A stretch of 64,000 bases of DNA from Octopus vulgaris (Eukaryota), in the NCBI GenBank assembly GCA_951406725.2, contig OX597817.1, positions 135,160,001 to 135,224,000 on the forward strand. Direction: 5' to 3'. The position numbers and the translations under genes were made by a program. Under the pieces are notes generated by a model. The model was not told where the DNA came from, did not search any database, and saw only the letters and a program-made list of their open reading frames with translations. Below are positions 24,570 through 37,486 of this stretch, in pieces. The number at the start of each line of letters is the position of its first letter. The first letter of the stretch is position 1.

Positions 24570-27400
24570 TGTGGGATATTGGTGTATAGATTCACCACAT
24601 CGAAAGATACCAGCAGGGTTCCGTCCTTTACTGTCTTCGGGGGGGGGGGTGGTTCAGCATGTCTATGTCATCCCTGATAAAGCTTTTCACATATTTTAAA
24701 AGAGGTTTGAGTAATATGTCGAGGAAGTTGCTCAAACGGTGAGTTTCACAAGAAGAGCCAGCTATGATGGGTCTCAATTTGCGCTCAGTAGGGGGAGGGA
24801 CATTAATGCATAGGCTTGTAGAGACTTTGCAGGCTTCACAAATGTGTGGATTTTTATGTATTTTGGGTAATCCGTAGAATAGACTAGGACTGTATTTGAA
24901 ATTGGATAAATAGTCTAATTCATGTGTAGTGAGACCCTTTCCATGAATTTAGAGTAAGGAGGATAAGTTTTTCAGTGTTAACTGTGGGTTGTAATGCATT
25001 AATTTCTCATAGTAAGTATTATTTTCCAACATGGAAAGTATTAGATTTATGTAGTACTCTGTATCCATCACTACTACTGCACTTCCTTTGTCGGCTTCTT
25101 TAATGGTGATGTTTATGTCATTTTTTAGCTCGACAAGGTCTTTCCATTCATTTAAATTAAGGTTGGATTTAATATGTCGTTTTGGAATGGTATTGTAAGG
25201 AAGACAAGTTATGTGATCACAAAAAACATCAAGTGCTTTATTTCTGCCTTTTGTAGGACGGTATTCACTTTTGTTTTTCACTATTGAATCATCTTCACTG
25301 GTGTAGTTGTGAAGTGCTTCTGCGAGGCGTAATTTTCGGCAGAAGTCCATAGTATTGTCCTTAATTTCATTTGGGTTCGATCTGCGTGGGGTAGGGATAA
25401 ATTTTAAACCTCTTGCTAGGATTTTGGTTTGTGTAGAACTCAGGATTTTCTTTGACAGGTTGATTATTTTCGGTTGGACTTGTTTATTTGTTTCCATTTC
25501 ACATCTCTGTTTCGCTGGTTTGCGTCTAAAAAATGGTTGTAGTAGGTGGATTGAAGTGGAAGGTCTGTATTTTGTTTGGTTTGCTGAGGAAAAGGTGAGT
25601 GTAAAGTGTGTCTATGGTAGTATGTTTGTAGTGGAGTGGTTGTGTAGTGTACTGGATTATGGTTGTACTGAGGGTTGTTATATCGTCTGTGGCTCATGTA
25701 GTTTGGGTTTAATTGATTTTTAATCTTGTAATATGGTTGGAGGGAGAGGTTATGTTGTCTGGTCATGTTTTGTCTAGTTGACTGCTTGAAGTGGCTGTGT
25801 TGGGGGTAAAGTCTCGAAGGTAATTTCTTCCTGGTAGGAATTGGTTCACCAAAACATAGGTTAGTCTGGAGGTTTCGATGTAATCTTTGGTTTGTATGTG
25901 GGATACCTTGAAGATTATATCTAGATTTCCTCCTGTGGGTTGAATTATCGATAGTTGTTTGATAGTTATTTGGGGGAGTAAGAGAGTTAAAGAGGGTCGA
26001 GTTACGTCCCCTATACCGTCTGTGGTTTGTGTTAGATACACGTGGGGTCATTTCTGTGTCTGTTTTTGGTTTATTTTTCTTCAGGAAGAGGTTATCCAAT
26101 GCATTTCCTATGTTAAACTGAGTTTCGTAGTTATTAAAGAAATTGGCTTGTTTATCCCAGCATTGTAGGGAGTTAGTTTCTTCATCCACGCAAGTTGTTT
26201 TCCATAGTTTAAAAACATTTTCCAAGCGGGGGCCGTCTGCAAGTTTCTTTAATTCGTTGTAAATCTCCTCATCTATGTTTTCAAATATTTGTTCATTGCT
26301 TAGTGCTCTAAGCTTAAGGAGTTCTATTTCTGTCTTCATTTTTTCCAGTGTAAGTTTCTCTCTTGTCTTTGTTGATCTTCCTCGTTTGGAATACGCTTAA
26401 TTTGGAATTTAAGAAGCAAAATTATTGGTGTAGAATTTAGCCAGCGTTCGTAGATTTCTGCGTTGTGGCTGTTTTTAATCGTATTCCAGAAAGGAAATTT
26501 TCTGTCTTTAAGTTTTTTCATTCCATATGTGGATAATGCGGTTTTTAATAGATAGTGTAATTGTGGAGGGATTGCTGTCTTGTGTATCATCTATAAGGGG
26601 ATTTTCATTTAGAAAATTGTTATGAGGTAAAGAGTGAAGAGTGGTGCATAATTCGGACAAATGGTAATTGAGTTGTTCCAGAGGATGTTCTTTCTCTTCT
26701 TTTTCTTTTGCCTCTTGTGTACAGCAAGTGAGTTCTTCGATCTTGCTAATTAAAAGTCTCAAATTTGTGTTAATCTCTTTCAGTTCCTTAAGGGTCTCTT
26801 CGTTGAGAGTTTTCACTGCAGAGTTTGAATGTTGCGGCATTTTCGATCACACGTGTAATGAAATATAGTAGAAATATGTTACAAAAAGAAAATATAAAAT
26901 ACACGTGGAAATGTAAGGGTAAAATATGAAAAATCAACGAAAATGCACATTGCAAATAAAAAAAGGCTTTTTATGACAGGTAACAACAAATATATACATC
27001 TAGATGGACTGAGGTAGTAATAAAAGTCATAAAAGTCATTATTATGAGATGATTTTAAGATGATAATAAATTCAGAAAACAAAGCGAACGCGTAAGTCAA
27101 GTTTGAGCAGGAGACAGACAAGAACATGTCTTCCTTTTTCCAGCTACAACGGAGAGAAACAAACCCAAGTTAGGAGGAGAAAGAAAGATGGCCGATGGTC
27201 ACGTAGGAACCACGTGAGCAAGGGAGGAGGAGTGAAGGAGAGAAAGAGTGACAGAGTGATCGGATAGAATAGAGGGAGAAGTGGAAGTAAAAGAATAAGA
27301 GAGAAAAACGAAAGAGTAAAAAGATCGAATAGAGTGCACATCAGAATTATTAAGATAAAACTTACTTAGAAGAGGATTCGTTGCGTCCAAGCATATAATA
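24570..27400 (-). mobile_element. Penelope-like element, 5' part (long N-terminal region plus start of RT), disrupted
   Basis: INLSKK.L, LARGLKFIPTP, SNLN..E, IKEADKGSAVVVMD (ORF 24949-25497), then FYGLPKIHK, LRPIIAG, SFIRD, (D)VVNLYTNIPH. Upstream ORFs 25464-26840 are co-oriented. Truncated at a TA run. Confidence 0.88.
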
Positions 27401-27409
27401 ATATAAATA

Positions 27410-27467
<58 letters not shown>

Positions 27468-28846
27468 GCATACATACATACACATTATAGTTAAAAGAAG
27501 ATATATGTGTATCATGTAGCAATAGCTTTAACATGTGGCAATAAATTTATCATTAAGCAATAACCTTATCGTGTGTCGTATATCTTTAAGTTCCTTCTTT
27601 AGAGAAATCAATTCTATCCAATAGTCTTGGAACGCTCTTCCTTATATAATTCCTGCAAATCAATGAGGAAATATCCTGATGCTCGGTCGGACGACTAACA
27701 ATAGCAACCAAATCGACCTCAAATCACACCTTACTGAATTTATAAAAATTGAAGAAGCATGCATTTTGAAAGGAAAAACATTTCGTGTTGATCACGGCTG
27801 GAACAATGTTCGTGAACACACTCATTAAGGGTTGGCCTAGGGTTAAAGCATGTGCAATGCGTTGCTCAACCGTCTCTAGCTCCGACGAAATCTATTTACA
27901 CACACGCACATACGCACGCACACACACAAACAAAAGCACACACACTAACACACGACACGCACACACAACACAACACACACACATAACACACACACACAAA
28001 ACACACGCGCACACACACACAACACATGCACACATATACATGTGCACACTCGCAAGTAGGCCTCAACAACAACCTTCAATGGTTTACCGAGCAATCATAC
28101 ATATCCATTTACTTCTATTTACCGTAGCATGTTTCACAGTTTACCTCTCCTATTTAATCTTATTCATTTTCTTTTCTTCTCCATTTTTTTTCATAAATTC
28201 TACCATTTTCTTTAGTTCCTAATTTTCAGTAATTTTCTTTGTTTTTACGTGCCGGAGGGGGAAAACATTTCCAATTATTTTATCTTACTTCTTGTTTGTC
28301 ATATTACCCACCTCCACTTTTTCACATCACACATTCCTTTTAAAACCTTATTCTTACATTGTTTTTCTCTTAATTTTTCCCTTTTCTTCTCACTTTGTAC
28401 AGTTATTTATTTGTTTGTGTCTATATTGTATTTTATTTATATTTTCGCTTTTATTTTCACATTTTTTATGCTCTTCTTTTACGATTTTACTCTTATCTTC
28501 TCACTATATACTGTCTTATTCTCCTATTATTTATTTTGTCCATGTTCAACAAGAATTTCTTCTAAACAACAAAAACAAATGAAAAACAAAATAAGGAGGA
28601 ACTTTCCGGTTTTTTTTTTCACTCATTTTCTTCTCTTTCTTTTCTTCCTTTTCTTTGTTCTTACCGTTTTCTTGTTCTCCTCTTATCTTGTCCAATTTTC
28701 TTCTCTTGCAACAAATCAAACAGATTGCTGTCTACATTAATGCTATTCCTTGAGGACGCCGTGCTTTATGCGTTAACGTCTTTCCTCGTCACTGGCTGCC
28801 ATCTTTAATTAGGTCCAAACACTTGTTTTCTCTGTGTACTAATAAA

Positions 28847-28847
<1 letters not shown>

Positions 28848-28906
<59 letters not shown>

Positions 28907-28987
28907 GGTGGTGGTGGTGGTGGTGGTGGTGGTGGTGGTGGTGGTGGTGGTGGTGGTGGCGGCGGCGGTGATGATGATGATGACGAT
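28848..28987. repeat. (GAT)n(GGT)n compound microsatellite
   Basis: Direct observation. Confidence 0.97.
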
Positions 28988-29388
28988 AGTTAAATAAATC
29001 GACGCTACCAACGCTGGCTTCACATCCCATTCTTTTCTACCCATCTAAAATATTATGTTGCTGAAGACTGCGTCTTTCGGATCGTTAGCTGTGTGGTTGT
29101 TATAGTTATTGCTGCTGCTGCTGTTTTTGTTGCTGTTTAACACCAATTTTGCCCTCACTGAGTAGACGATTTATGACCAAGGGCATCTCAGGCATGACCA
29201 TCCCGTCGGTCTCTCTTCTCCAGAAATAAATATATTTACATATTACCGACGACCACGCTCTTCCTTTCTTCAGAAGGCAGGATGTGATTTGAAGGAGATA
29301 TAGCTGCTTCTTCTAAAAGATCAGTCGTTGGCTAGTTGAGGGTTAGGGTTAAATAACTGGATGAATGTGTAGATAGACCGATGGTTGG

Positions 29389-29894
29389 TTGGATGAAGGA
29401 AGGAGGGAAGGAGGGGTGAAGAGAGATAGAAGCAGGGAAAAAGGAAGCATGAAGGAGAGGAGAGAAGGTGGAAATGAAGGATGGATGGATGGATGGATGG
29501 ATGGACAGACGGACGGAGGGAGGAAGGGAGGGAGGGAGGGAGTGATGAAGAGAGATAGAAGCAGGAGAAAAGGAAGCATGGAGGAGAAGAGAAAGCGTGG
29601 AAATGTGGGATGGCTGGATGGATGGACGGACGGGGCCAAGGGGGAAAGACGGATGGATAGATGGATCGATCGATCGATCGATCGACGAACGGACAGACGG
29701 ACGGATGGATGGATGGATGGATGGATGGATGGATTGAATGGATGGATGGATGGAGGGTGGCATGGAGGGATGGATGGATGGATGGAGGGATGGATGGATG
29801 GATGGATGGATGGATTGATGGATGGATGGATGGAGGGATGGATGGAAAGATGGATGGATGGATGGAGGAAGGATGGATGGATGGATGGATGGAT
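29389..29894. repeat. (GGAT)n / purine-rich repeat with an internal ~75-bp duplication
   Basis: tgaagagagatagaagcagg.aaaaggaagcatg occurs at ~29417 and ~29546, within GGAT arrays. Confidence 0.9.
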
Positions 29895-30688
29895 GCAATA
29901 TTAAATCGGTGAGCAGGTGAATGGGTGTGATTGGCGATTTGGATGGTTGACCGGTTCGGCTCACAAGACTTTCTCCATTACTTTATCGGTAGCACTTTCT
30001 TAATTAATACACTAATAAATGAAATGAGCAGATCTCAGTCAATTTCATTAAGATCCACATCAACAACAACAACAACAACTTCATTTCAACTGAACTAAGC
30101 ATATTACAACTGAAATGATTCCATTTGTTTTGTTTCTTTCAAGTTTTTTTTTTTGTGTGTATAATTTGTGTTATTATGCAGTGTTCTCTTTTGTTTTTGT
30201 TCGTTTCTTGTATATAGGTTTAATAATTCATCTTATATTGTGTGTTTTGTTTGTTTTTTTGTTTTTTTTATTTTCAGCCCATCTGTTCTGTTTGCATTTT
30301 ATGACTCGCTTGATTTCGGTAAATATAAGCGAAAAGATGGGTGAAAGACGAAGCAATAGGTTAGAAAACTGGAGCACATCACTCAAGAGGTTTGACAGCC
30401 GAGAGATGCTTTATTGATCAATCTTGTAAAATAAAGATCAATAGATTCAATCGTAAAAAAAAAAAAAAACAGAAAAGCATTCAAAACAAACAAAAAACAA
30501 AGATTGAATCTTTAACAGAGAGCTTCTTGTTCGTTTATTCCATTTCCTTATTAGCCTTGTGCTTAAATTTGATTTCTTCAATGGAATACTGTTTACGCGT
30601 GCATGTGTGCATAAAGATAGAATGTGTGTGTGTGTGTGTGTGCACGCGCGCATGCATGTGTGCACGCGCGCATGCATGTGTGCACGCA

Positions 30689-30780
30689 CGTGTGCGTGTG
30701 TATACGTGTGCGTGTGTATACGTGTGCGTGTGTATACGTGTGCGTGTGTATACGTGTGCGTGTGTATACGTGTGCGTGTG
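30689..30780. repeat. 16-bp minisatellite (cgtgtgtatacgtgtg) x5
   Basis: Direct observation; strictly alternating purine-pyrimidine. Confidence 0.9.
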
Positions 30781-30864
<84 letters not shown>

Positions 30865-31292
30865 TGTACGTGTCAGTTCCCGCCTTTGATAGACTCAAAG
30901 CTCTTCAAATTGAAGGAACCTTTGCTTCTTCTGCTGCTGCTTCCGTTGTTGCTGTTGCTGTTGCTGTTGTTGTTGTTGCTCAGGGCGGGAACAAGAAAGA
31001 ATAGCTGGAAAAGCAGAAACGAGATCACTCGCAGACCCGTCGTCACCAATGTTCTATTCTTCAGAGCTGGTTTGTTGAAAACGGAAAACGTAGAAATAAG
31101 TCAGAATCTCTGATCAGTTTGGTTATATTGGTCAAAACAGACTTCTTGGAGTAACTAACTTGCTTAAGATCAAGAGAGACCTTGTCTATAAACGTGATCT
31201 ATAACTGCTTCTTCTGCTAGTCACTAACCAATTCCCCTCACACACACACACACACCTCCACATTTCTCTCCCTCTCTCTCTCTCTCTCTCTC

Positions 31293-31327
<35 letters not shown>

Positions 31328-31740
31328 ACACAAACAGTTCAGGTTCAACCATTACGTAGGATCTCTCATATTCTCCTCATCAGGAACACTACAGAATGGC
31401 GTTTTAGGATTTTCGCTCACCTGATTCTCCAAGTTTTTCAAAGAATTTATATTTCCTTTATGCTTTCTTCTCTACAGCTGTCTTATACATAATGTGACAC
31501 CTTTCCAACTACTTTCCCATCTCTTCTTATCCTCTGCTATATGCAGATAGAGTGCCTTCGAAGTCACGGTCAGCAATTTTCCTTTAAAAGAAATTCTATA
31601 TATGTATTCTTCAAAAATTATTGAGTAATTCTTCAGTTTAATGTAAACTTGATTTAATATAACTCGATATTAAAAACAAACATTAATATGTGTGTGTATG
31701 TGTGTGTGAGTGTGTGTAAGTGTGTGTGAGTGCGCGTGCA

Positions 31741-31789
<49 letters not shown>

Positions 31790-31865
31790 CTAGTTGTAAA
31801 ATCTCAAGAAGAGATCAGATTAATAGTAACTATATTAACAAGTAAAGCTAATTGCCACATAAAAT

Positions 31866-32204
31866 TGGCTGTTTCATGTTACTACTAGTTTAACCCCAGG
31901 CAGATCTGCCACCAACTGGTTATCGGTGCGGTAGTGGGAGAGAACCCCTACCATCTTCTAGCAATATATTGCTAGCTGGAGTGGGCCTCGTCTATCACAA
32001 TGGCGACCAGATACTCGCGACTGAAGATGACCCAACCAGCTCGAAGCTGAGTCAGTCACGCGATCCTGTTGTCCGCTAGAGGATGGTAGGGGTTTGCTCC
32101 TCCTTCTGGTAATATATATGTATATACAGGGTGCAGTGCCGCACCGATAACCAGCTGGTCAAAGATCTGACTGGGTTTAAACTAGTAGTAACATGGAGCA
32201 GCCA
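31866..32204. repeat. Nested inverted repeat (foldback) enclosing a hammerhead-like motif
   Basis: Outer arms 31866-31931/32139-32204 (58/66 complementary by eye); inner arms 31937-31962/32075-32100 (23/26). Confidence 0.9.
32015..32063 (+). ncRNA. Degenerate type I hammerhead-like motif
   Basis: tcgcga CTGAAGA tgacccaaccagctc GAAg ctgagtcag TC acgcga. Stem I tcgcg/cgcga, palindromic stem III, GUC triplet. GAAA is changed to GAAG and stem II is weak. Confidence 0.45.
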
Positions 32205-32916
32205 CATTATTCATATGTTTACACCTGCTGAAATTTTCAGATCTGGAATTCAGCACTGCGGTGGAGTTCCTGGATCTGAAAAGGATATGTGTCCTTTCAG
32301 CTACACATAGCTTACATGTTTTCTGGATCCGTCGACACACGGTGCGTACTTTTAAACTCTGTTTTCCACTTTATTGTATGTGTCGTTAGGTTTCAAACCC
32401 CATATGCGGCTAACCAACTTAGTGGCTTTGCTTTTGTCCCTATGTTGACAGGAAGATACATGGCTAACATAGCGATTTTTGAAATCACCGTCACATAGCC
32501 GGATTTTAGCTCTTCTTTTTTTCGGTTATGTTATCATCTAACGTTGCTGTAACTTCTCCCTCATATATCGCCGATTTAATCATGCATCCCAACGTCGAGT
32601 GGACAGATTCCTGGGTCTCGACAGTTACAACTTAGAGTAGGCCTTTGGTGGTGTTTTGCATGTAATAGTTTCACTTCAACATTTAATTTGCATTTGTCTT
32701 AAAAGAGTTTCGATGCTTTGAAACCGCAACCTGTTCATTGACAAAACTTTGTGCAGCGAAAATATTTTGACCTAAATGAAAATTAAATGTTGAAGTGAAA
32801 CTAACGGTTTTTTGTGTGTTCTTGAATGGCTTACAAATATCTTCCTTTCTGCAATTGTTTCTGTTTCCGCACACGATCTCAGATCAAGTCACTTGCTATG
32901 CAAGTACATCTCCGTA

Positions 32917-32999
<83 letters not shown>

Positions 33000-33167
33000 C
33001 TCGTTTGAACATCACAGCGAGAAAATCAAACGATGACACCATTATTAAGGCTCCTCATTCACCAAAAGCCAGCGATTGAGAACATAATGATGAGACTGGT
33101 GGTACTTCAGAATGGTCACAGCCTTTAGGCTGAAACACATAAAAATACATATATACAAAAGATATAA

Positions 33168-33215
<48 letters not shown>

Positions 33216-33224
33216 CCGGCTGAG

Positions 33225-33276
<52 letters not shown>

Positions 33277-33280
<4 letters not shown>

Positions 33281-33596
33281 GTATCGATCAGACTATCGGA
33301 TGTGGTTATACATCGCTTCGCATCGTTTTAGCTTTCGAATAACGCCACCCCACTGGCTAGGCAAAGAAGCCAAGGTATTTATATATGATCTCTTGAGCAC
33401 CACCAGCAAAAATATTTTTTCCTCTGTCTTCCCTTCTTGGGATCTTTCCTTCTCCTTGTTTCCGACGAAGAGCTCCGCTCGAAACGTTAAACCCTCCTTC
33501 CCTTCTTTCCTGAGCGTCAATAATACTTTAATTGTTCCACGTCCTCGCGTTGCTGTGTTTTTTTCTCTTTTTTTCTGTGTTTTCTTGTTTGGATTA

Positions 33597-33599
<3 letters not shown>
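33277..33599 (+). mobile_element. Penelope-like pLTR fragment with minimal hammerhead (33458-33492)
   Basis: gttt ccgacga a gagc tcc gctc gaaac gtt aaac. Homologous to 2235-2414, with (TA)n on both sides. Confidence 0.72.
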
Positions 33600-33634
<35 letters not shown>

Positions 33635-34479
33635 AAATATCAAAGTAGTTATATCAAAGTGAGTTTATACAAATATATATATACATATAAACGTATATGC
33701 GACAGTCTTCCGTGCAGTGTTCATTAATAAAACTTTGTTGTATTAGATGCCTTGCAGTGGGACTGAAACCAGATTGGTGCGAATTCAAGACAAGCTTCCT
33801 AACGACATCCCCATATCACACACACACACTTATTGCAGTTTGATATCTATAGTTACATAATATAATCGTTTTGCTATATATGAGTATCTTCCTTTTCCTG
33901 TTGATTTATTTAAAATCCTTACTGTAGTGAAAAGTTATCAACCCATCTGCGCATGATCTACAGGTCATTTCTTTATAAACAATTATGTAATTATAAATTG
34001 TTAAATAACATTTCATAACGTTTACCTTAACGAAACGGTTGTTGAACACAAAGTATGAACTGTATGTGAACTCGCAAAACATTTATTCTTTCATTTCGTT
34101 ATCAATAATTTGAAATTAGCACAACACTCCCAAAATACATTTGAATATCAAGGAAAAAATTCCAGTATTTATTAACAATTTTGGTTTAGAAACAGGCCTA
34201 AGGACTGCAATCCTTGTCTTACCAGAGATCTTTATTATCCTTCGCAACTCAAATATAAGCAACGTACAATTCTAAAATTCTCCCCCTGGTATTTAAAGTA
34301 CCATCACTTTGATACGTGCTGTATGGACAGTATTTGACATTATGGTGCACACGACCGGTACACGTGATTGTCCACGTGACTGTGAATGACGTGTGACTGT
34401 TCAGGACATTGTTCAAAGATGTCATCTGTTTTTTCCCCCCTTTTAATTCACTGTTGTAGCGTCAGGTTAACAGCACGAA

Positions 34480-34722
34480 ACCTTTAGAGAGAAGAGGAAG
34501 GAAAAGGAGGCGGAAGAGAAAAGAGAAAGAGAAACCAGAAAAAGAAGAGGAAGAGGAAGATGAGATGAGGGGAGAAGAAGAGTAAGCGGCGATAGGGAGG
34601 AAGAAGAAGAAGAAGAAGAAGAAGAAGAAGAAGAAGAAGAAGGAAAAGAAGAAGAAGAAGAAGAAGAAGAAGAAGAAGAAGAAGAAGAGAGGGAGGAGGA
34701 GGGAAAGAAGACGATGATGATG
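34480..34722. repeat. (GAA)n / polypurine tract
   Basis: Direct observation. Confidence 0.95.
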
Positions 34723-34832
34723 CATGCTTTTATTCTACATTAACACACCCGCATTCGTACGCATACACCCGTGTGTGTTCTCAAACCTTTTAACTGTATA
34801 TGTATGTGTGCTTAACGTATACACGTGTGTAA

Positions 34833-34872
<40 letters not shown>

Positions 34873-36432
34873 AATGGTATCCTATAAATGTGAACTGATA
34901 TGTAGCGATAGGAATTGATCGATATTCAAAGATTAAAATTTGCATCCCAGAAGGTTGGATTGACACAAATGAAATTTCCATTGATTTTAAACTTCACCGT
35001 TTGTTACATTTGTTTTTATTTTCTGCTAATAACTCGTTTTGAAACCCGATCTATTAAGTTAAAACAAACACTAAACGGTGAAAAGAGTCAACGCAGAAAA
35101 CTGCTTAGACTGGTTAAAGTTCATCAAGTACTTCCGGTTGCAATACTAATATTGTATGTTAGGTGTGTTTGTGGTATTTGCTATTGTCGGATATATTTCT
35201 AAAAGGAAATGAGAACATCGGAATAAAAAACAATCACACACGCATACACACACACAAACAAACAAAAGGACCACACACATATACACACGAACATACACAC
35301 AAACATAACACACATAACACACATAACACACAGGCTTACACACAAATTCACTCTTTGAAGTGCAAATCACTTTTACTTTCGCTTTTCCTTTTTTTTTTTT
35401 GGCCCTTTTTCTTCAAAATGCTTTTATGTATAAAAGATGCGGGTGTTACAGTGTAGTTAAGAAACTCTCTATTTCGGGTTCGGTCCCACCGCGCCACACG
35501 TTGGGCAAGGGTCTTCTACCTCAGCAGTTTAGGCTTCGATATCCATATCTGTATACAATTATTTAATGCCTACATTTATGTGTCTTCGTGTCAGTGTTTA
35601 TCCCGCATACACCGCTGGGCAACTGGTGATGGTTTGTTTGCGTTCCCAGAACTTCGTGTCTCAGATAAATCAAATACCAGACTTCGACAAAAGCACTAAT
35701 AGGGTCCATTTGCCTGACAAAAAAAAAGTCGGTGTTTCTTCATGCCAGCATGACTGAAACAGGTGAAATTAATAAAATTGAATGATAAATTATTCGTTTG
35801 CCGTTTTCTTTCTCTCGTGGGAGTTTTTCCCGTCATTTCGAAAATGAATAAACAAATAAATATATGAATGAAAAAAGAAGTAAATAAATAAATAATCATA
35901 TCAAAATATTAACTTCTCTCTGTTTTCTTTCAAATGTCAAGTCACAAACAAAGGTCAGTGTTGGTATTTTCCGTCAAATTTTCATTTAAACGGAGATTTT
36001 TTAATTTTATTTGTTTATTCATTGAGAAAAACAATATGGCTGCAGGAATGTACCTCCAGAGAGCAAGTCTGGTTTTGTTACCATTTATTATCTCAATTAA
36101 TTTTATACTTATTTAATTATTTATTGCACATTTGTTAATGATACAACACCTCCTTGCCATTTCTCTTTTTTCGTCCCCAATTTTAATGTATGGTTGTGTC
36201 ACTATCAATGTTTAAATATTGCAGTGTGGCAATGTCTCGAACACCTAGGAATACATTTCTAGGTTTCAGTTTGAAAGCGCGAATTTAGCTATTTTCGTTT
36301 CCAATAAAATCCTCTCATTTTCTTCAAACTGTACTTAAATTCGATGTGAGATTAAAGGGCGATGAGTTTTATGAAAACTGAGGGACGGTCTTCAGTTTTA
36401 CACGAATTTACCTCTGCCAATTTCACTCAGAA

Positions 36433-36670
36433 AATACCTATTTCTTTACTACCCACAAGGGGCTAAACACAGAGAGCACAAACAAGAACAGACAAAGGGA
36501 TTAAGTCGATTACATCGACCCCAGTGCGTAACTGGTACTTAATTTATCGACCCCGAAAGGATGAAAGGCAAAGTCGACCTCGGCGGAATTTGAACTCAGA
36601 ACGTAACGGCAGACGGAATACGGCTACGCATTTCGCCCGGCGTGCTAACGTTTCTGCCAGCTCGGCGCCT
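36433..36670 (-). mobile_element. SINE family A, full length
   Basis: aaggcgccgagctggcagaaacgttagc...gagttcaaattccgcc...gtagtaaagaaatagg, with ctcagaaaata near both ends as a possible TSD. Confidence 0.92.
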
Positions 36671-36783
36671 TGTCAATCTCAGAAAATATGTTTGACATTT
36701 CTTTTATATTTTTCTGTATTTGTTTATAGTTGTATGTAATATTTTTAAAATATCATTATTACTCACGTTGTTAAGGCGATGAA

Positions 36784-37091
36784 GTCGCATGGCTCAGTGG
36801 TTAGAGCTTATGATCGTGAGGTTGCGAGCTCGATTCCCGGACTGAGCTGCGTGCTGTGTTCTTGAGCAAGACACTGTATTTCACGTTGCTGTAGAAATGC
36901 GTTTTGACGTCACTGGTGCCAAGCTGTATCGGCCCCTTTGCCTTCCCCTTGGATAACATCAATGGTGAGGAGAGGCGAGGCGGGTATGCATGGGCGACTG
37001 CTGGTCTTCCATAAACAACCTTGCCCAGACTTGTGCCTTGGAGGGTAACTTTCTAAGTGCAATCCCATGGTCAGTCATGACCGAAGGGGTC
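36784..37091 (+). mobile_element. tRNA-derived SINE family C
   Basis: A box tggctcagtggttagagc, B-box-like gctcgattccc, then CORE-like gtgttcttgagcaagacact. Confidence 0.75.
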
Positions 37092-37294
37092 ACCTTTTTT
37101 GAAAGCGGTGAGCTGGCAAAATTCTTAGCAAACCGGATAAAATGCTTTTTATGGTCTGTATGTTCTTTTTACTCTTTATGTTCTGAGTTCAAATCTCCTC
37201 CAGGGTCATCTTTACCAGTCGAGCAAGGGAATCGATGCAATCTACTCGCGTTCACTCTGTAGTAGAAACGATTACTACTACTACTACTACTACT

Positions 37295-37329
<35 letters not shown>

Positions 37330-37454
37330 TACTACTACTCATGCTGTTGTTACTGTGGTGAGAAGTGGGAGTGTTTGAATAGAAATGATGAAAATGATTG
37401 TATTTCTTACACTTAGAAGTTTTCAGCTGCTCCAGCCTTACCTTTCTCCCTCTC

Positions 37455-37486
<32 letters not shown>

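Noticed and set aside
29338-29350. Telomeric TTAGGG units (also 42841-42866)
   Set aside because: Only one or two units, as expected by chance.
31345-31383. CTGATGA on the minus strand (also CTGAnGA at 11853, 29061, 43469 and within the 555-bp element)
   Set aside because: No GAAA after a closing stem II and no stem I, so not counted as hammerheads.
36784-36845. tRNA gene
   Set aside because: A/B boxes are present but there is no cloverleaf, and the sequence continues into a SINE body.
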